Positions 39,223-48,469 of a stretch of 64,000 nucleotides of DNA are shown here, piece by piece. This DNA is from a virus (taxonomy: Duplodnaviria > Caudoviricetes). A model generated the notes under the pieces. The model saw only the letters and a list, made by a program, of their open reading frames with translations, had not been told where the DNA came from and did not search any database. The stretch spans positions 1 to 64,000 of the IMG/VR virus record IMGVR_UViG_3300047576_000028; one strand, given 5' to 3'. The position numbers and the translations under genes are program-made. Each line of letters starts with the position of its first letter. Position 1 is the stretch's first letter.

Positions 39223-39705
39223 TTAGGTACCTAGCGCCTCTACTATGGGTCCGCTGATCTTTAGCGAGTACTGCGTTTTGATCGTTTTGTCTGGCTTGAT
39301 ATTGCCGATGTTGTTGAACTCCTCGACCATGGCGTAAAAAAACAACTGGTCTCCAGTTGTGCTCTGCCACGCAGCGATTGGCATCCTGACATTGTAAAGC
39401 ACTACGGTTGGCGGGACGCCATTGAATGACGCCTTGACGAGAACCTGACCGGCATCATTCGATACGCGATTCATGACTCCGCTCATCTTTCCTGGCGTAA
39501 GAATCGTAGGGATGAACTCTTCCGCCGTCGATTGCAGGTTCGTGGCGTCATCCGATTTGTTTTGGACTCCCTGTTGAGTGAAGTCGGATACTTCACCGAC
39601 TAACGTGAACGATGCCGAGGAGCTTGAGCTTGTTACCAACAGGCTGTTGGCTATCAATACGAGCGTTTGGTTTCCACTCTGCGCTTTAGTCTTTAGGTAA
39701 GACAT
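39223..39705 (-). CDS. Major tail (tube) protein
   Basis: VGEVSDF, DATNLQS..EFIPT..PG, LKISG. Confidence 0.82.
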   Translation of the reverse strand: MSYLKTKAQSGNQTLVLIANSLLVTSSSSSASFTLVGEVSDFTQQGVQNKSDDATNLQSTAEEFIPTILTPGKMSGVMNRVSNDAGQVLVKASFNGVPPTVVLYNVRMPIAAWQSTTGDQLFFYAMVEEFNNIGNIKPDKTIKTQYSLKISGPIVEALGT

Positions 39706-39732
39706 CTGATATCACCTCTGTGTGGTTTAGAA

Positions 39733-40452
39733 CTAGACGTGTACTAATCGTGGATCGCATGGCAGTTCCGTCCATTGCGGTCCAATACTGAAACGACAAC
39801 TTGAGTTACCACTGTGGTTGGATGCGACAACGTACTCTTCGCCATCAACGGCAACCGCTTCACCTGCGGCTAACGCTTCCGCCCAGAATGCATCGTCCTC
39901 GGAATTCTGAATAGCAGGGAAAGGGTGCCGCCGCCACCAGTCGCGGCGATAGCACTGTGTCAAGCCGGGGGCATAATCGTGTGGACCTTGCCATCTAAAC
40001 CACTGCGACATCGGCTTGCTGCGCCCAGACTGATCGGTCGGATTACGGCGCGGCATGTAGGTTTCCGTAACCACGCGCATAGGTCTATCTTCATGGGCCA
40101 GCATTGCGTGGTAGCCAGTTACCGATTTGCCGCTGGCTTCGAGCGTATCAATCTGATGAGCGATGCGGCGCGGACTGGAGATATCGTCTGAGTCAAAATG
40201 AACAATATAGACGCCGTGCGCAAGAGCGCAAGCTAGATTCCTCTTTTCTCCGACCGTAGTATGCTTCAGCGACAAATACGTCGCCCCGTCCAGTCCTTCG
40301 TCGTGGCGCGGAAAACTGGGGTCGTCAAGATCATCAACCACTACCAACTCCGTGTTGGGCCACGTACTCTCATGGAACGACTCGACCGCCCGGCGCGCCA
40401 TCTCCAGCCTGCCTTTGGTGGGAATAATCGCGGTTACTAAGGGACAGTTCAT
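39733..40452 (-). CDS. Glycosyltransferase family 2
   Basis: LVTAIIPT, ELVVVDD, GEKRN, HFDSDD, SEDD. Confidence 0.88.
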   Translation of the reverse strand: MNCPLVTAIIPTKGRLEMARRAVESFHESTWPNTELVVVDDLDDPSFPRHDEGLDGATYLSLKHTTVGEKRNLACALAHGVYIVHFDSDDISSPRRIAHQIDTLEASGKSVTGYHAMLAHEDRPMRVVTETYMPRRNPTDQSGRSKPMSQWFRWQGPHDYAPGLTQCYRRDWWRRHPFPAIQNSEDDAFWAEALAAGEAVAVDGEEYVVASNHSGNSSCRFSIGPQWTELPCDPRLVHV

Positions 40453-40607
40453 TGAGGTCTACGGGGAGGTTGCGCGATCTCGCAGGGCTGGCGAAACTCC
40501 AAGTTGAGCCGAGCGAAAATCAAGACTAGCTCGCCGTTGCCTGCGCCGCCAGAACGCCATAAACAACTCCCGAACTGTGCGCATTGTCTCCATCGTTTCT
40601 CCTATCT

Positions 40608-41015
40608 TCAGATCTGGCTGTACCGGCATTCATATTCTAAGGATCGGACGTAGGAACGGTTCGCATCTGAATAACCGTCAATGAACGCTTCCTTGCGAAA
40701 GATGCCCTGCACTACGGTGGCGTCCGTATCGGGAAGGGTACCGGCGAACCCTCCGCGCAATACATTATCTATCGCGTAGGCGAGCGAGATCGCGTTTGCC
40801 ATAGTGTAGCCGTGACAGTCTACTTGAATCTCAAGAACAGTAAGGCCATCCTGTCCCTCAAGTACGTAGGTCGCTTCCGAAATGATAGCCCGCACCGTCC
40901 ATGCCGAGGAGGCTGTAGCGGAAATCTGGTTGGGCGGCAGTTGCACCATGAAGCCAGGAGCCGGTTGCGCTCCTAACCCTTCCTCAATCAGGAGTTGCAG
41001 TCCAGCTTCTATCAC
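40608..41015 (-). CDS. Tail terminator / completion protein (DUF3168-like)
   Basis: IQVDCHG...LAYAIDNVL; gene position. Confidence 0.75.
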   Translation of the reverse strand: MIEAGLQLLIEEGLGAQPAPGFMVQLPPNQISATASSAWTVRAIISEATYVLEGQDGLTVLEIQVDCHGYTMANAISLAYAIDNVLRGGFAGTLPDTDATVVQGIFRKEAFIDGYSDANRSYVRSLEYECRYSQI

Positions 41016-41093
41016 TAAGTTTTCTCCGAGAAGCCCCTGATATTTTGCATGTGGAATCTAAAAGCCCCTGGCTTTAGCCGTGGAGTTGCTTAC
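41016..41093 (+). mobile_element. IS200/IS605 mini-element F at a GTGA junction (internally deleted copy of G)
   Basis: TCAC|TAAGTTTTCTCCGAGAAGCCCCTGA..GGAGTTGCTTAC; removal restores AAG-TGA/GTG overlap. Confidence 0.88.
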
Positions 41094-41302
41094 TTGGTGG
41101 CAATCCTGAAGCCAGCATCGAGTATCAGGAACTCGCAGCCAGTGCGGGCCTTGGCTCCAGCCAAATAGGTCTCAATATCGGACAGTGATTCTTTGTCCAA
41201 TGGTTCCGCGCATTCGATGACGTACACGCCGCCGCGCTTCAACTGTATTGGCTGTTCTCCGGGAGGACCGCGGCGCAGCCAGTCCCACAGACGCTTGCGC
41301 AT
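41090..41302 (-). CDS. Hypothetical protein
   Basis: Coupled to the head-closure gene; stop supplied by element F. Confidence 0.6.
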   Translation of the reverse strand: MRKRLWDWLRRGPPGEQPIQLKRGGVYVIECAEPLDKESLSDIETYLAGAKARTGCEFLILDAGFRIATK

Positions 41303-41664
41303 TAGGTAGCACCGCCGATAGCGAGACAGGTCAGCCGCGTTATCACATTCACCTCGTGTTCGTTCTCAACAGATTGGACTATCCACTGTCCACTAGGAGT
41401 TTGTAGTCTGCAACCTCCGATGAAGACTGGGTTATACCACATTGTACACTCCATAATCGAAATGGATATGTCTTGCCCTGCTTTCACCAGATCCGTGCCG
41501 TGCATGTATTCCACTTGCGCCATTACCATGGTCGGATTGTCACCAGGTCCCCAAGTGACAACGCCTCCAGATATCGGGTCAGTCCCCGGAATCGCCACTA
41601 GAAGCGTGACAGGAGTGCGAAATTTTCCAGGATTACAAACAGGCCAACTAGTCTTGCGCGGCAT
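41302..41664 (-). CDS. Head closure / head-tail adaptor (SPP1 gp16-like)
   Basis: NPGKFRTPVTL; gene position. Confidence 0.75.
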   Translation of the reverse strand: MPRKTSWPVCNPGKFRTPVTLLVAIPGTDPISGGVVTWGPGDNPTMVMAQVEYMHGTDLVKAGQDISISIMECTMWYNPVFIGGCRLQTPSGQWIVQSVENEHEVNVITRLTCLAIGGAT

Positions 41665-41667
41665 CGG

Positions 41668-42690
41668 CTATATCCACAGGCGATTGCTGCCGAACAAGGC
41701 TGCGACGGCAAATGGCGGCTCTGCCACGAACCTGATGGCGTCATACGGCACCCTGTCCGTGAACCATTGATTGACAAGCAGAGTCATGCCTTGCGCGATA
41801 CTGGTCTTCACTACCGGGGCAGACGCTGTGGTCAGTGCCGTGACATTGAAGGTAGCGCCAGCGCCATATCCGCCAGTCGTGATGTAGGGCGTGCTTATCG
41901 AATTGACGGCGTACAGCGAACCTGGATCGTATATGCTCCACGTCAATGGGTTACCGACGCTATCCACCGTGAGAAGCTGCAATGTACCACCATATCCTCC
42001 ACCATTAGTCACGCCGTTATCATTGGCATCATACACGCGCTCTGCCGGTGACAGAAATAATAGGTCTCCAACTTGATAACCTCCGGCTCCAGGAGATACC
42101 AACGTAACTGCCGAGATCCCAGTCTGGACATACCACCAAGGGATGAAACCGCTCAGGAATCCTACATGAATGGCGGATGAGGGCCAGAGGTTAGTCACGG
42201 GCCATCCAGTACTCGGCGGTGAAGGATAGATAATGCCCGGCTCCTTCCACGAGTCCACGATGTAGTCTGGCACTCCACCAGCCGCCACAGAGGCGGGCGT
42301 GCCTTGCACCAGATTGTGCAATACACCGCAAGAATCGTAGTAGTAGGCGTACTGCACAGATACTAGCGGGGCCGGTAGTTGTATGGCGTTGAGGTTGGCC
42401 GGGATATTATTCAGTAGGCGGTAAGCATCGGAGGGCCAGGACCCAAAGTAGGGATTGGCGATTGAGCAAGGGTCGAACATCGGTATACCGGGCCACTGGT
42501 CAATCGCAAGATCCCACTGTTTCAGCGTCATCTGACGCCCATTCCAGATTTCCGCCATCATGCGCGCCGCTACAATCAGACCGCCAATGTATTGATCCTG
42601 ATCCGTTAGCGTCGTGTAGCGTAACTGTGCTTTCGCCTGCGACACTTGAACCGCTTCAACACCTGAATCGGAGATGAGTTTAAGATTCAT
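41668..42690 (-). CDS. Head-tail connector (HK97 gp6-like) with an inserted beta module
   Basis: EAVQVSQAKAQLR..LIVAAR..AE; IAQGMTLLVNQWFTDR. Confidence 0.82.
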   Translation of the reverse strand: MNLKLISDSGVEAVQVSQAKAQLRYTTLTDQDQYIGGLIVAARMMAEIWNGRQMTLKQWDLAIDQWPGIPMFDPCSIANPYFGSWPSDAYRLLNNIPANLNAIQLPAPLVSVQYAYYYDSCGVLHNLVQGTPASVAAGGVPDYIVDSWKEPGIIYPSPPSTGWPVTNLWPSSAIHVGFLSGFIPWWYVQTGISAVTLVSPGAGGYQVGDLLFLSPAERVYDANDNGVTNGGGYGGTLQLLTVDSVGNPLTWSIYDPGSLYAVNSISTPYITTGGYGAGATFNVTALTTASAPVVKTSIAQGMTLLVNQWFTDRVPYDAIRFVAEPPFAVAALFGSNRLWI

Positions 42691-42698
42691 CCATCAGC

Positions 42699-42998
42699 CT
42701 ACGGTCGCTTATCAGGCGGATACTTCGCGACTCTTTGAGTGACCACGGGCCTCTCGCTCGATGGAATGGAGACCTCGGCTAGAGGTTGAATAGCCTTTTC
42801 TTCAATCGGCGTCGTTGGAGGTGGCGCAATTACCACGGCGACCCCAGCCATCACCAATTGGGCGGCGCGGGCCGCTGGAAATCCAGCCTTCTCGCCTGCA
42901 TTATAAATATCACAGTGACGGAGAAATTCCACCGTTACCACCGGTGAGCCAACTGCCTTCTTGCCTGGCCACGCGAAGGCCATATCTTCACCTGTCAT
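42699..42998 (-). CDS. Small head-module protein
   Basis: VEFL..YNAGEKAGF..AAQLV..GVAV. Confidence 0.6.
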   Translation of the reverse strand: MTGEDMAFAWPGKKAVGSPVVTVEFLRHCDIYNAGEKAGFPAARAAQLVMAGVAVVIAPPPTTPIEEKAIQPLAEVSIPSSERPVVTQRVAKYPPDKRP

Positions 42999-44509
42999 GC
43001 CGCCTCCTTGATGTCGTCAATTATCTTGGCCCAAATAGTCGTTCCCGGAATCACGACAACTCCTTCTAACTCTTCCTGGACTGCCTGGGCTACGCCGGGA
43101 AACTGAATGTCATGCCCGCATATTAAAAACTTCGCCTTGTGTTTCCACGCGCGTATATCCGTAAGCACCTCTGGATAAGTATGGCCCCCGTCGATAAACA
43201 CCATGTCTACATCGGGAACGTCCTGCTCGGGTAGTCCGCTGGCCGCCTCGATACTTGACTTCTTCACGATATGAAGGTTTTCGAAGGAACCTACATTATT
43301 GAGAAACTGCCCAAAGACATCCCCAGTGACCGCCTCCTTGTGCGATGTATTTCGTTCGTCTTCGGACCCCAGCCAATGATCCACGGCGTAGACCGGCCCA
43401 TCGCAATTAGAGAGAAGAGCGAATGTCGAGCGCCCCTTCCAGCATCCGATCTCCGCTATGGAATGAACCTGTCGCGCGGCTCCGGCCAGAAAGTCAAGTT
43501 CCGGCTTCGACATCCACCCCTCAATCTGGGCGGCATCCGTGATGTAACCGTTCTGCTTGGCTACCAGGGGAGCGTCGTCAGCGCCCGTGCCGTACATCAG
43601 GTTGTTGGTCCCATAGACCCACGGACAAATTTGCAAGTCGGTGCAAGGCGTCACAGGCGTAGGAATTATCGCCTCTGGTTTCTCAGCCACTAAAATGGTC
43701 TTTACATCGCCGTAATAGCGGTACTGTCCGTGATGAGCTAACTTAATCTGCGGGTCTATCCAGACCTTCCCCCCGATGCGCTGCCATAGCCTGGAGAATC
43801 CCCAATCCTCCGACAGGTAATTGCGCTCCGTAGAGCGGGCGCACAGGATCTTGAGAGCCGCTTCCATGTTGGTAAATACGGACGAAGACCACAAGGGAAC
43901 CCGGCCAACCCTATCATCTTCGCCATCGATGAAGCAGTCGAACAGCAGATATTCGAATGGCGCTTCGTTCTCAGGTCGCGAACTGCGCAATTTGCAGCGG
44001 CGCTCTGGATAAGCCAGCATCATCTTGACGATGGCGGATCTTCGGACCATCAGGAATCCGGTAGGGGCGTCCTGGACCTCCAGGTAACCGGTAGCCGGAT
44101 GCTGGTTTACGTGCTTGTCGGACCCTGGCGGGAAATTGACATTGAACTCGATTGGGAGCCCCTTCTTGGGGTAGATGCCGCCAGCCACCTCGATATCCTC
44201 GTGCTGAGTGGCGGCCAAGAGCCGCAAGGCGCTTTCAGATTCAAACTCGATATCCCCGTCAATGAAGAATAGGTGCGTGTAGGGGCCTGCCATGAAGCTG
44301 GCTACCATGGCATTGCGGGCGCGGGTGATTAGGCTATCGCCGGGGACAAAAGCGGGGGTATGTTTGATGCCACCGAGCGCCAGCACGTTGGATAAACGTA
44401 ACAGCGAGTGGTTATAGGCCGTGTGGGTTTGCCCGCCATAGGCCGGGGTGGCAATGAATAGGTTTGTTGCTGGATCGATTGTCATGATGGTAAAGCAAGC
44501 GGAAGTCAA
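42995..44509 (-). CDS. GT-A glycosyltransferase fused to a class I SAM methyltransferase
   Basis: IATPAYGG, SLITRARN, FFIDGDI, YLSEDW; then EIGCWKGRST, MVFIDGGHTY, GHD. Confidence 0.88.
   Translation of the reverse strand: MTSACFTIMTIDPATNLFIATPAYGGQTHTAYNHSLLRLSNVLALGGIKHTPAFVPGDSLITRARNAMVASFMAGPYTHLFFIDGDIEFESESALRLLAATQHEDIEVAGGIYPKKGLPIEFNVNFPPGSDKHVNQHPATGYLEVQDAPTGFLMVRRSAIVKMMLAYPERRCKLRSSRPENEAPFEYLLFDCFIDGEDDRVGRVPLWSSSVFTNMEAALKILCARSTERNYLSEDWGFSRLWQRIGGKVWIDPQIKLAHHGQYRYYGDVKTILVAEKPEAIIPTPVTPCTDLQICPWVYGTNNLMYGTGADDAPLVAKQNGYITDAAQIEGWMSKPELDFLAGAARQVHSIAEIGCWKGRSTFALLSNCDGPVYAVDHWLGSEDERNTSHKEAVTGDVFGQFLNNVGSFENLHIVKKSSIEAASGLPEQDVPDVDMVFIDGGHTYPEVLTDIRAWKHKAKFLICGHDIQFPGVAQAVQEELEGVVVIPGTTIWAKIIDDIKEAA
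43580..43649. repeat. 70-bp in-frame copy of 15056-15125 (69/70 identical)
   Basis: Both proteins contain PCTDLQIC(S/P)WVYGTNNLMYGTGA. Confidence 0.95.
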
Positions 44510-44542
44510 GGGCCGAGCGTTACTTAACCCGGCCCTGAACCA

Positions 44543-45100
44543 TTAGTACACTATGGGATTGGGAGCGAAGTGAGGGCTTGGTGCGGGTCCCGTTGCCGGG
44601 ACGACCGCCTGTGCCGCGAGGGGCGCGGAGCTTACTCCGGCAGGAGGCAGTTCCGCCTGACCTCCGAATATCATGACGACCGGAAACACGTTGGCAGTAT
44701 CGGTTCCGGCTCCAGACATCGTTGGCAGGTATGCCACCCGTAGAAATTGCTGGGCGCTGTCAATAGCCACGTCTAGTTGCGCAGAGCCGTAAGCTGCTGC
44801 CGCCGTACCTGTCGCAACCAATATAGAAGCGGTATTGCCGACGTTGACCCACGAAGAGGCGTTACTATAATTCGAGGTCGTCTGGAGAACCGCCGCGATA
44901 GTCAGCGTATTACCGTTGACCTGATTTTGCGCGAAAGGGAAGACCACGGCGACGGATAGAGGCCCCCCCATGGCGTTGAGGTCAATGGAGGTCCCATTGA
45001 CAAGTGCGTTATTGCCCGACCCGCCTGCGGTCACGTTCGTCGATACTCCAGCGACCGCCGTGGCGATATAGGCGCCAATGTTAGTTCTTGTGCTGGTCAT
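44543..45100 (-). CDS. Putative capsid decoration protein
   Basis: Beta-rich; directly after the major capsid gene. Confidence 0.6.
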   Translation of the reverse strand: MTSTRTNIGAYIATAVAGVSTNVTAGGSGNNALVNGTSIDLNAMGGPLSVAVVFPFAQNQVNGNTLTIAAVLQTTSNYSNASSWVNVGNTASILVATGTAAAAYGSAQLDVAIDSAQQFLRVAYLPTMSGAGTDTANVFPVVMIFGGQAELPPAGVSSAPLAAQAVVPATGPAPSPHFAPNPIVY

Positions 45101-45137
45101 GTTATCTTTTTTCTCCTTGTTTGTTTTTGGACGCTGG

Positions 45138-46514
45138 TTAGTAGTTCACCGCCTGAGCGACGGCAATGGACTGGTCGTACCGCATGACGAAGTCGTTCTC
45201 CTCGATCACGCGAATCACGGTCTGGTCTTGCGCGAAGGCGGATACGGTATTCCCGCCCGCGTCCACGTAGGCCGCTTCGGTCGAGACATCGAGCACCAGG
45301 TTAGCGCCTTCACCAATGACGGCATCTGGCATGTTGACGAAGTACCACTCGGAGGCCGATGTGCCGGAAGTGCCGGTCGCTCCAGCCGTAGCGCCGGACA
45401 GATTGATGGGGATCTGCGAGGTATACGAGAATCCATAACCAAGCAGGTTAGCGGATGCCGGGTCCAAAGACATTTCCGGGAAAGCGTACTGCCCGGTCGT
45501 GGGGTTACGCAGGGTCTTCAGGTAAATCATTGAGCGGGGTGAAAAGAACCAGTGCCCAGTATTCAGGGTTACCTGAACGTTGGCGGCCAAGAGCAAGCCG
45601 ATAGCGTTGCCCAGATCTGAGGTGATGTGGGTAATGTCGAGGGTCGTGGTCGAACTGACCGGATTGATGAAATTCCCCGGTACTGCCCAGTTGCGCATGC
45701 CCTTTGGGGCGTATTGGGTGCCAGCGCCGCGCAGGAAGTTGTAGTCTTCGGTTTGCGCTACGGCCCGGATCAAGTCGGCCCTAATGACGGCGTCGGTATT
45801 GGGATTGGCATAGCGGATCAGGTCGTTCGAAATCGGAATCAGCGCTGCCAGTTTCTTGGCGGTCAGCTTAACGTTGCCCAACTGCTGCTGGGTAGCCGGA
45901 ATGTTCGTGTTCTCACCGATGTAGGAAGCGCTCGCACCGCCAGTAATTTTGGGCAGCGAAAGGTTTCCATTCGGCAAGGGCAGAACGCGCGGTTCGGCAG
46001 CCCGGACTACGCTGGCAGGACGCAGGAATTCGATAAACTCCTCCGACAGCATAGTAGGGACCGCGAAACCGCCCCCAGTGGCGATGGAGACCGAAAGGGC
46101 GCGGGCAACCTCAGGGTCATGGAGGGTTTGCTCTGCCCATTCGGCAGCGGCGCGTCGATCCCGGCTGAAGCCGATGGCGCGCACGCAGTTGATGAAGCCT
46201 TGGCCTTTGGCGCGTTTCGCCACCTGTCCCGCTACTTCGACATGGTGACCATCGCCGAGGGCCTGTTGGTTGGTTACGGCGAGTTCGGCATCCGCCTTCA
46301 TCTGCCGTTCCTCGCGTTCGACACGGGCAAGCAAACTTGCGGCTTCGGTATGCTTACGGTCGTAAATGGTTTGCTCACCAGGTATAACCGTACCGTCGGC
46401 GGCTTTGGTGTCTAGCGTGAAGTCGCGGTTAACGGCTTCCGCCGTGTCAATCATTGCACGGGCTTCCTTGATAAGCGCAGCCCGCTGTTGCCGTAAAACA
46501 ATTGTATTCGGCAT
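45138..46514 (-). CDS. Major capsid protein, HK97 fold
   Basis: Coiled-coil delta domain, GGFAVP, YIGEN, KKLAALIPISNDL, AFAQDQTVIR. Confidence 0.95.
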   Translation of the reverse strand: MPNTIVLRQQRAALIKEARAMIDTAEAVNRDFTLDTKAADGTVIPGEQTIYDRKHTEAASLLARVEREERQMKADAELAVTNQQALGDGHHVEVAGQVAKRAKGQGFINCVRAIGFSRDRRAAAEWAEQTLHDPEVARALSVSIATGGGFAVPTMLSEEFIEFLRPASVVRAAEPRVLPLPNGNLSLPKITGGASASYIGENTNIPATQQQLGNVKLTAKKLAALIPISNDLIRYANPNTDAVIRADLIRAVAQTEDYNFLRGAGTQYAPKGMRNWAVPGNFINPVSSTTTLDITHITSDLGNAIGLLLAANVQVTLNTGHWFFSPRSMIYLKTLRNPTTGQYAFPEMSLDPASANLLGYGFSYTSQIPINLSGATAGATGTSGTSASEWYFVNMPDAVIGEGANLVLDVSTEAAYVDAGGNTVSAFAQDQTVIRVIEENDFVMRYDQSIAVAQAVNY

Positions 46515-46670
46515 TCGGTCCTATTCCTTTTGGATTTAGATTCCGCCGTTTGTAGCAGGCGGGCCGCATGGTGACGTTCTAGGGAAAAGCCCCAGATTTG
46601 GAGGCAGGGTCCATCCGACCCTGTTTGATGCAGGAACTTGTATTATACTACGCCCAAACGCCGAAATCAT

Positions 46671-46753
46671 ATCAGTTCGCGAGAGAAACCGCTGGCTTTA
46701 GCCATGCGGAGGGCCCACCGTAAACGGAGGGATTGCTCGGCGTTATCGTTCAA
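46671..46753 (+). mobile_element. IS200/IS605 left-end-like remnant I
   Basis: TCAT|..TTCGCGAGAGAAACCGCTGGCTTTAGCCATGCGGAGG resembles the left end of D; right boundary (TTCAA) uncertain. Confidence 0.55.
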
Positions 46754-46763
46754 GTTCTACCCG

Positions 46764-48434
46764 TTAGTTCTCCAACTCCATCTGCCTCAGCCGGAGACGC
46801 CGGAACCGGTGGGGGCTAATTTTGCTTGCCTCTACTCCTGTCAACTGGTCACCAGAACGGACCTCCACGCTGGTTCCAACGTATGCCGGATCGGACACCA
46901 CGCTCAACCGGCGCACGAGAATTTTGGTCAGCGTGCGGACCTGTTGGCCGTTAGCGTCAGTTGAGATCTGCTGTCCGTCAGGCAACACGCGAAAGCTGAA
47001 ACTGCCTTGCGTCACGTCGCCGCGCTCCATCGAGATACGCAGGTCCTTGTACCACTGAGCGTCTTCAGGCGGGTTGGCGTCCATGAGCACGCCACGGTCG
47101 TCGATGGATGCCTTGAGGGTACCGGCAGCAACACGGCCTAGTATATGATCCGAATTGTGGTTGTAGTCGGCCCTGAGATCCACGTCGAAAGTAATGGCTC
47201 CCGGTGCAATGATCTCGCGGAAGGTCGAAGCGCCCCTGGTATCGCCGCCCATTTCCAATGAAAACTCCCCAAAGCGAATCGGGTAGCCGACAATATGCCC
47301 GTCCCCAGCCGCCCGAAACTCGCACTTGAATGATCGCGTCTCGTCCCCGGCGCGCCGGTCTGTTCGCGCCTCTTCCCCTTCGGTCTGGCCCTTAAGGGCT
47401 GTCGCCATTGAGGCGCAGTGGTCCGCGCAGCGCGTTGCAACGTCGCCGCAAGCCCGAATCATCTCATGCCCGTGGTCGCCGCCACAAGTGCCCGCCAATG
47501 CGCGGCACGCCGATGCTGTAAGGCCATGCGCCTCCGCCGTCAGCGGAGAACCACGCTGGGACAGGTCTCCGCACAGCCCTACGGTCCCCATAGCATCGCG
47601 CAACGAACTGTGGAGGTTCTTGGGCATCGTAGAATCGCCGTACATCGTGTCTGCGTACTCGCCAGCCCCCCTACACGCCCCGTAGCAGCGCCGCAACTCA
47701 CGGTAGGTCTGCTCTACCCCAGGAGCCTCGTTCGGGTCCTTCGCTACCATAGCCCGCTCAATGAAGTCCCTATGCAATCGCAGCATGGCCCGAAGTTCAG
47801 CCCGCGCCGGGGGCATGGAGCGCTCTGCCTGGATCGGGCACTTCTTGCAGTTCGGGTCGTCGCAGCCCTTGCCGGTACAGACATCGCAGTTGCCCTCCAT
47901 GCAGTTCTGGCAACCGCATGAGCAACCTACGCCAGCATCGGATGAGTCGGTCGCCGCCCGCTTATGATCCTTTGCCGGGTTCGACCGGCCGGCCTGAATC
48001 GGGCAATCATCGCAATTAGGGTCATTGCATTCGGTATTGCAGCATGACCCGCACAACCCCATTAAACAAGGCGCGCAGTCACAATTACAGGACCCCTCGC
48101 TCCGCTTGGAAGAGGCGATGTAGGTGACGCCTTTGTCCTGCCAACGATATTCCCAGTCTCCGTCGGCATTCTTCGATTCGGAAGGCAGATCCCATGCTTG
48201 GGCGGCATAGATTTTCTTCAGTTTGGCAAGGGCCTCCGCTTTTGAGGGACCCGCGTATTTGTTGCCACGATATCCATTAGTCAAAGCCGCGAACGCCGCG
48301 CCGCACAGTCGATGGTCTGGATTGCCAGATGCATCGGTATATGGAAGATGAGTTTTACCGTCGCTATCGGTGACCAAAAACTTCACCGCGCGCTCCTCGG
48401 AAGGCGACTTCCTGCCGATGTCTAATACTGCCAT
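46764..48434 (-). CDS. HK97-type prohead protease with a large Cys-rich N-terminal extension
   Basis: IVGYPIRF, FREIIAPGA, YNHN..ILGR, RGDVTQGSFSF, LSVVSDPAY. Confidence 0.9.
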   Translation of the reverse strand: MAVLDIGRKSPSEERAVKFLVTDSDGKTHLPYTDASGNPDHRLCGAAFAALTNGYRGNKYAGPSKAEALAKLKKIYAAQAWDLPSESKNADGDWEYRWQDKGVTYIASSKRSEGSCNCDCAPCLMGLCGSCCNTECNDPNCDDCPIQAGRSNPAKDHKRAATDSSDAGVGCSCGCQNCMEGNCDVCTGKGCDDPNCKKCPIQAERSMPPARAELRAMLRLHRDFIERAMVAKDPNEAPGVEQTYRELRRCYGACRGAGEYADTMYGDSTMPKNLHSSLRDAMGTVGLCGDLSQRGSPLTAEAHGLTASACRALAGTCGGDHGHEMIRACGDVATRCADHCASMATALKGQTEGEEARTDRRAGDETRSFKCEFRAAGDGHIVGYPIRFGEFSLEMGGDTRGASTFREIIAPGAITFDVDLRADYNHNSDHILGRVAAGTLKASIDDRGVLMDANPPEDAQWYKDLRISMERGDVTQGSFSFRVLPDGQQISTDANGQQVRTLTKILVRRLSVVSDPAYVGTSVEVRSGDQLTGVEASKISPHRFRRLRLRQMELEN

Positions 48435-48469
48435 CTTGTTCTCCTTTTAAGCCCTAACTCCGCACGCCG

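Noticed and set aside
15056-43649. 70-bp pair as a DGR template/variable repeat
   Set aside because: Only one mismatch, not at a C-terminal lectin domain, and no reverse transcriptase in the window
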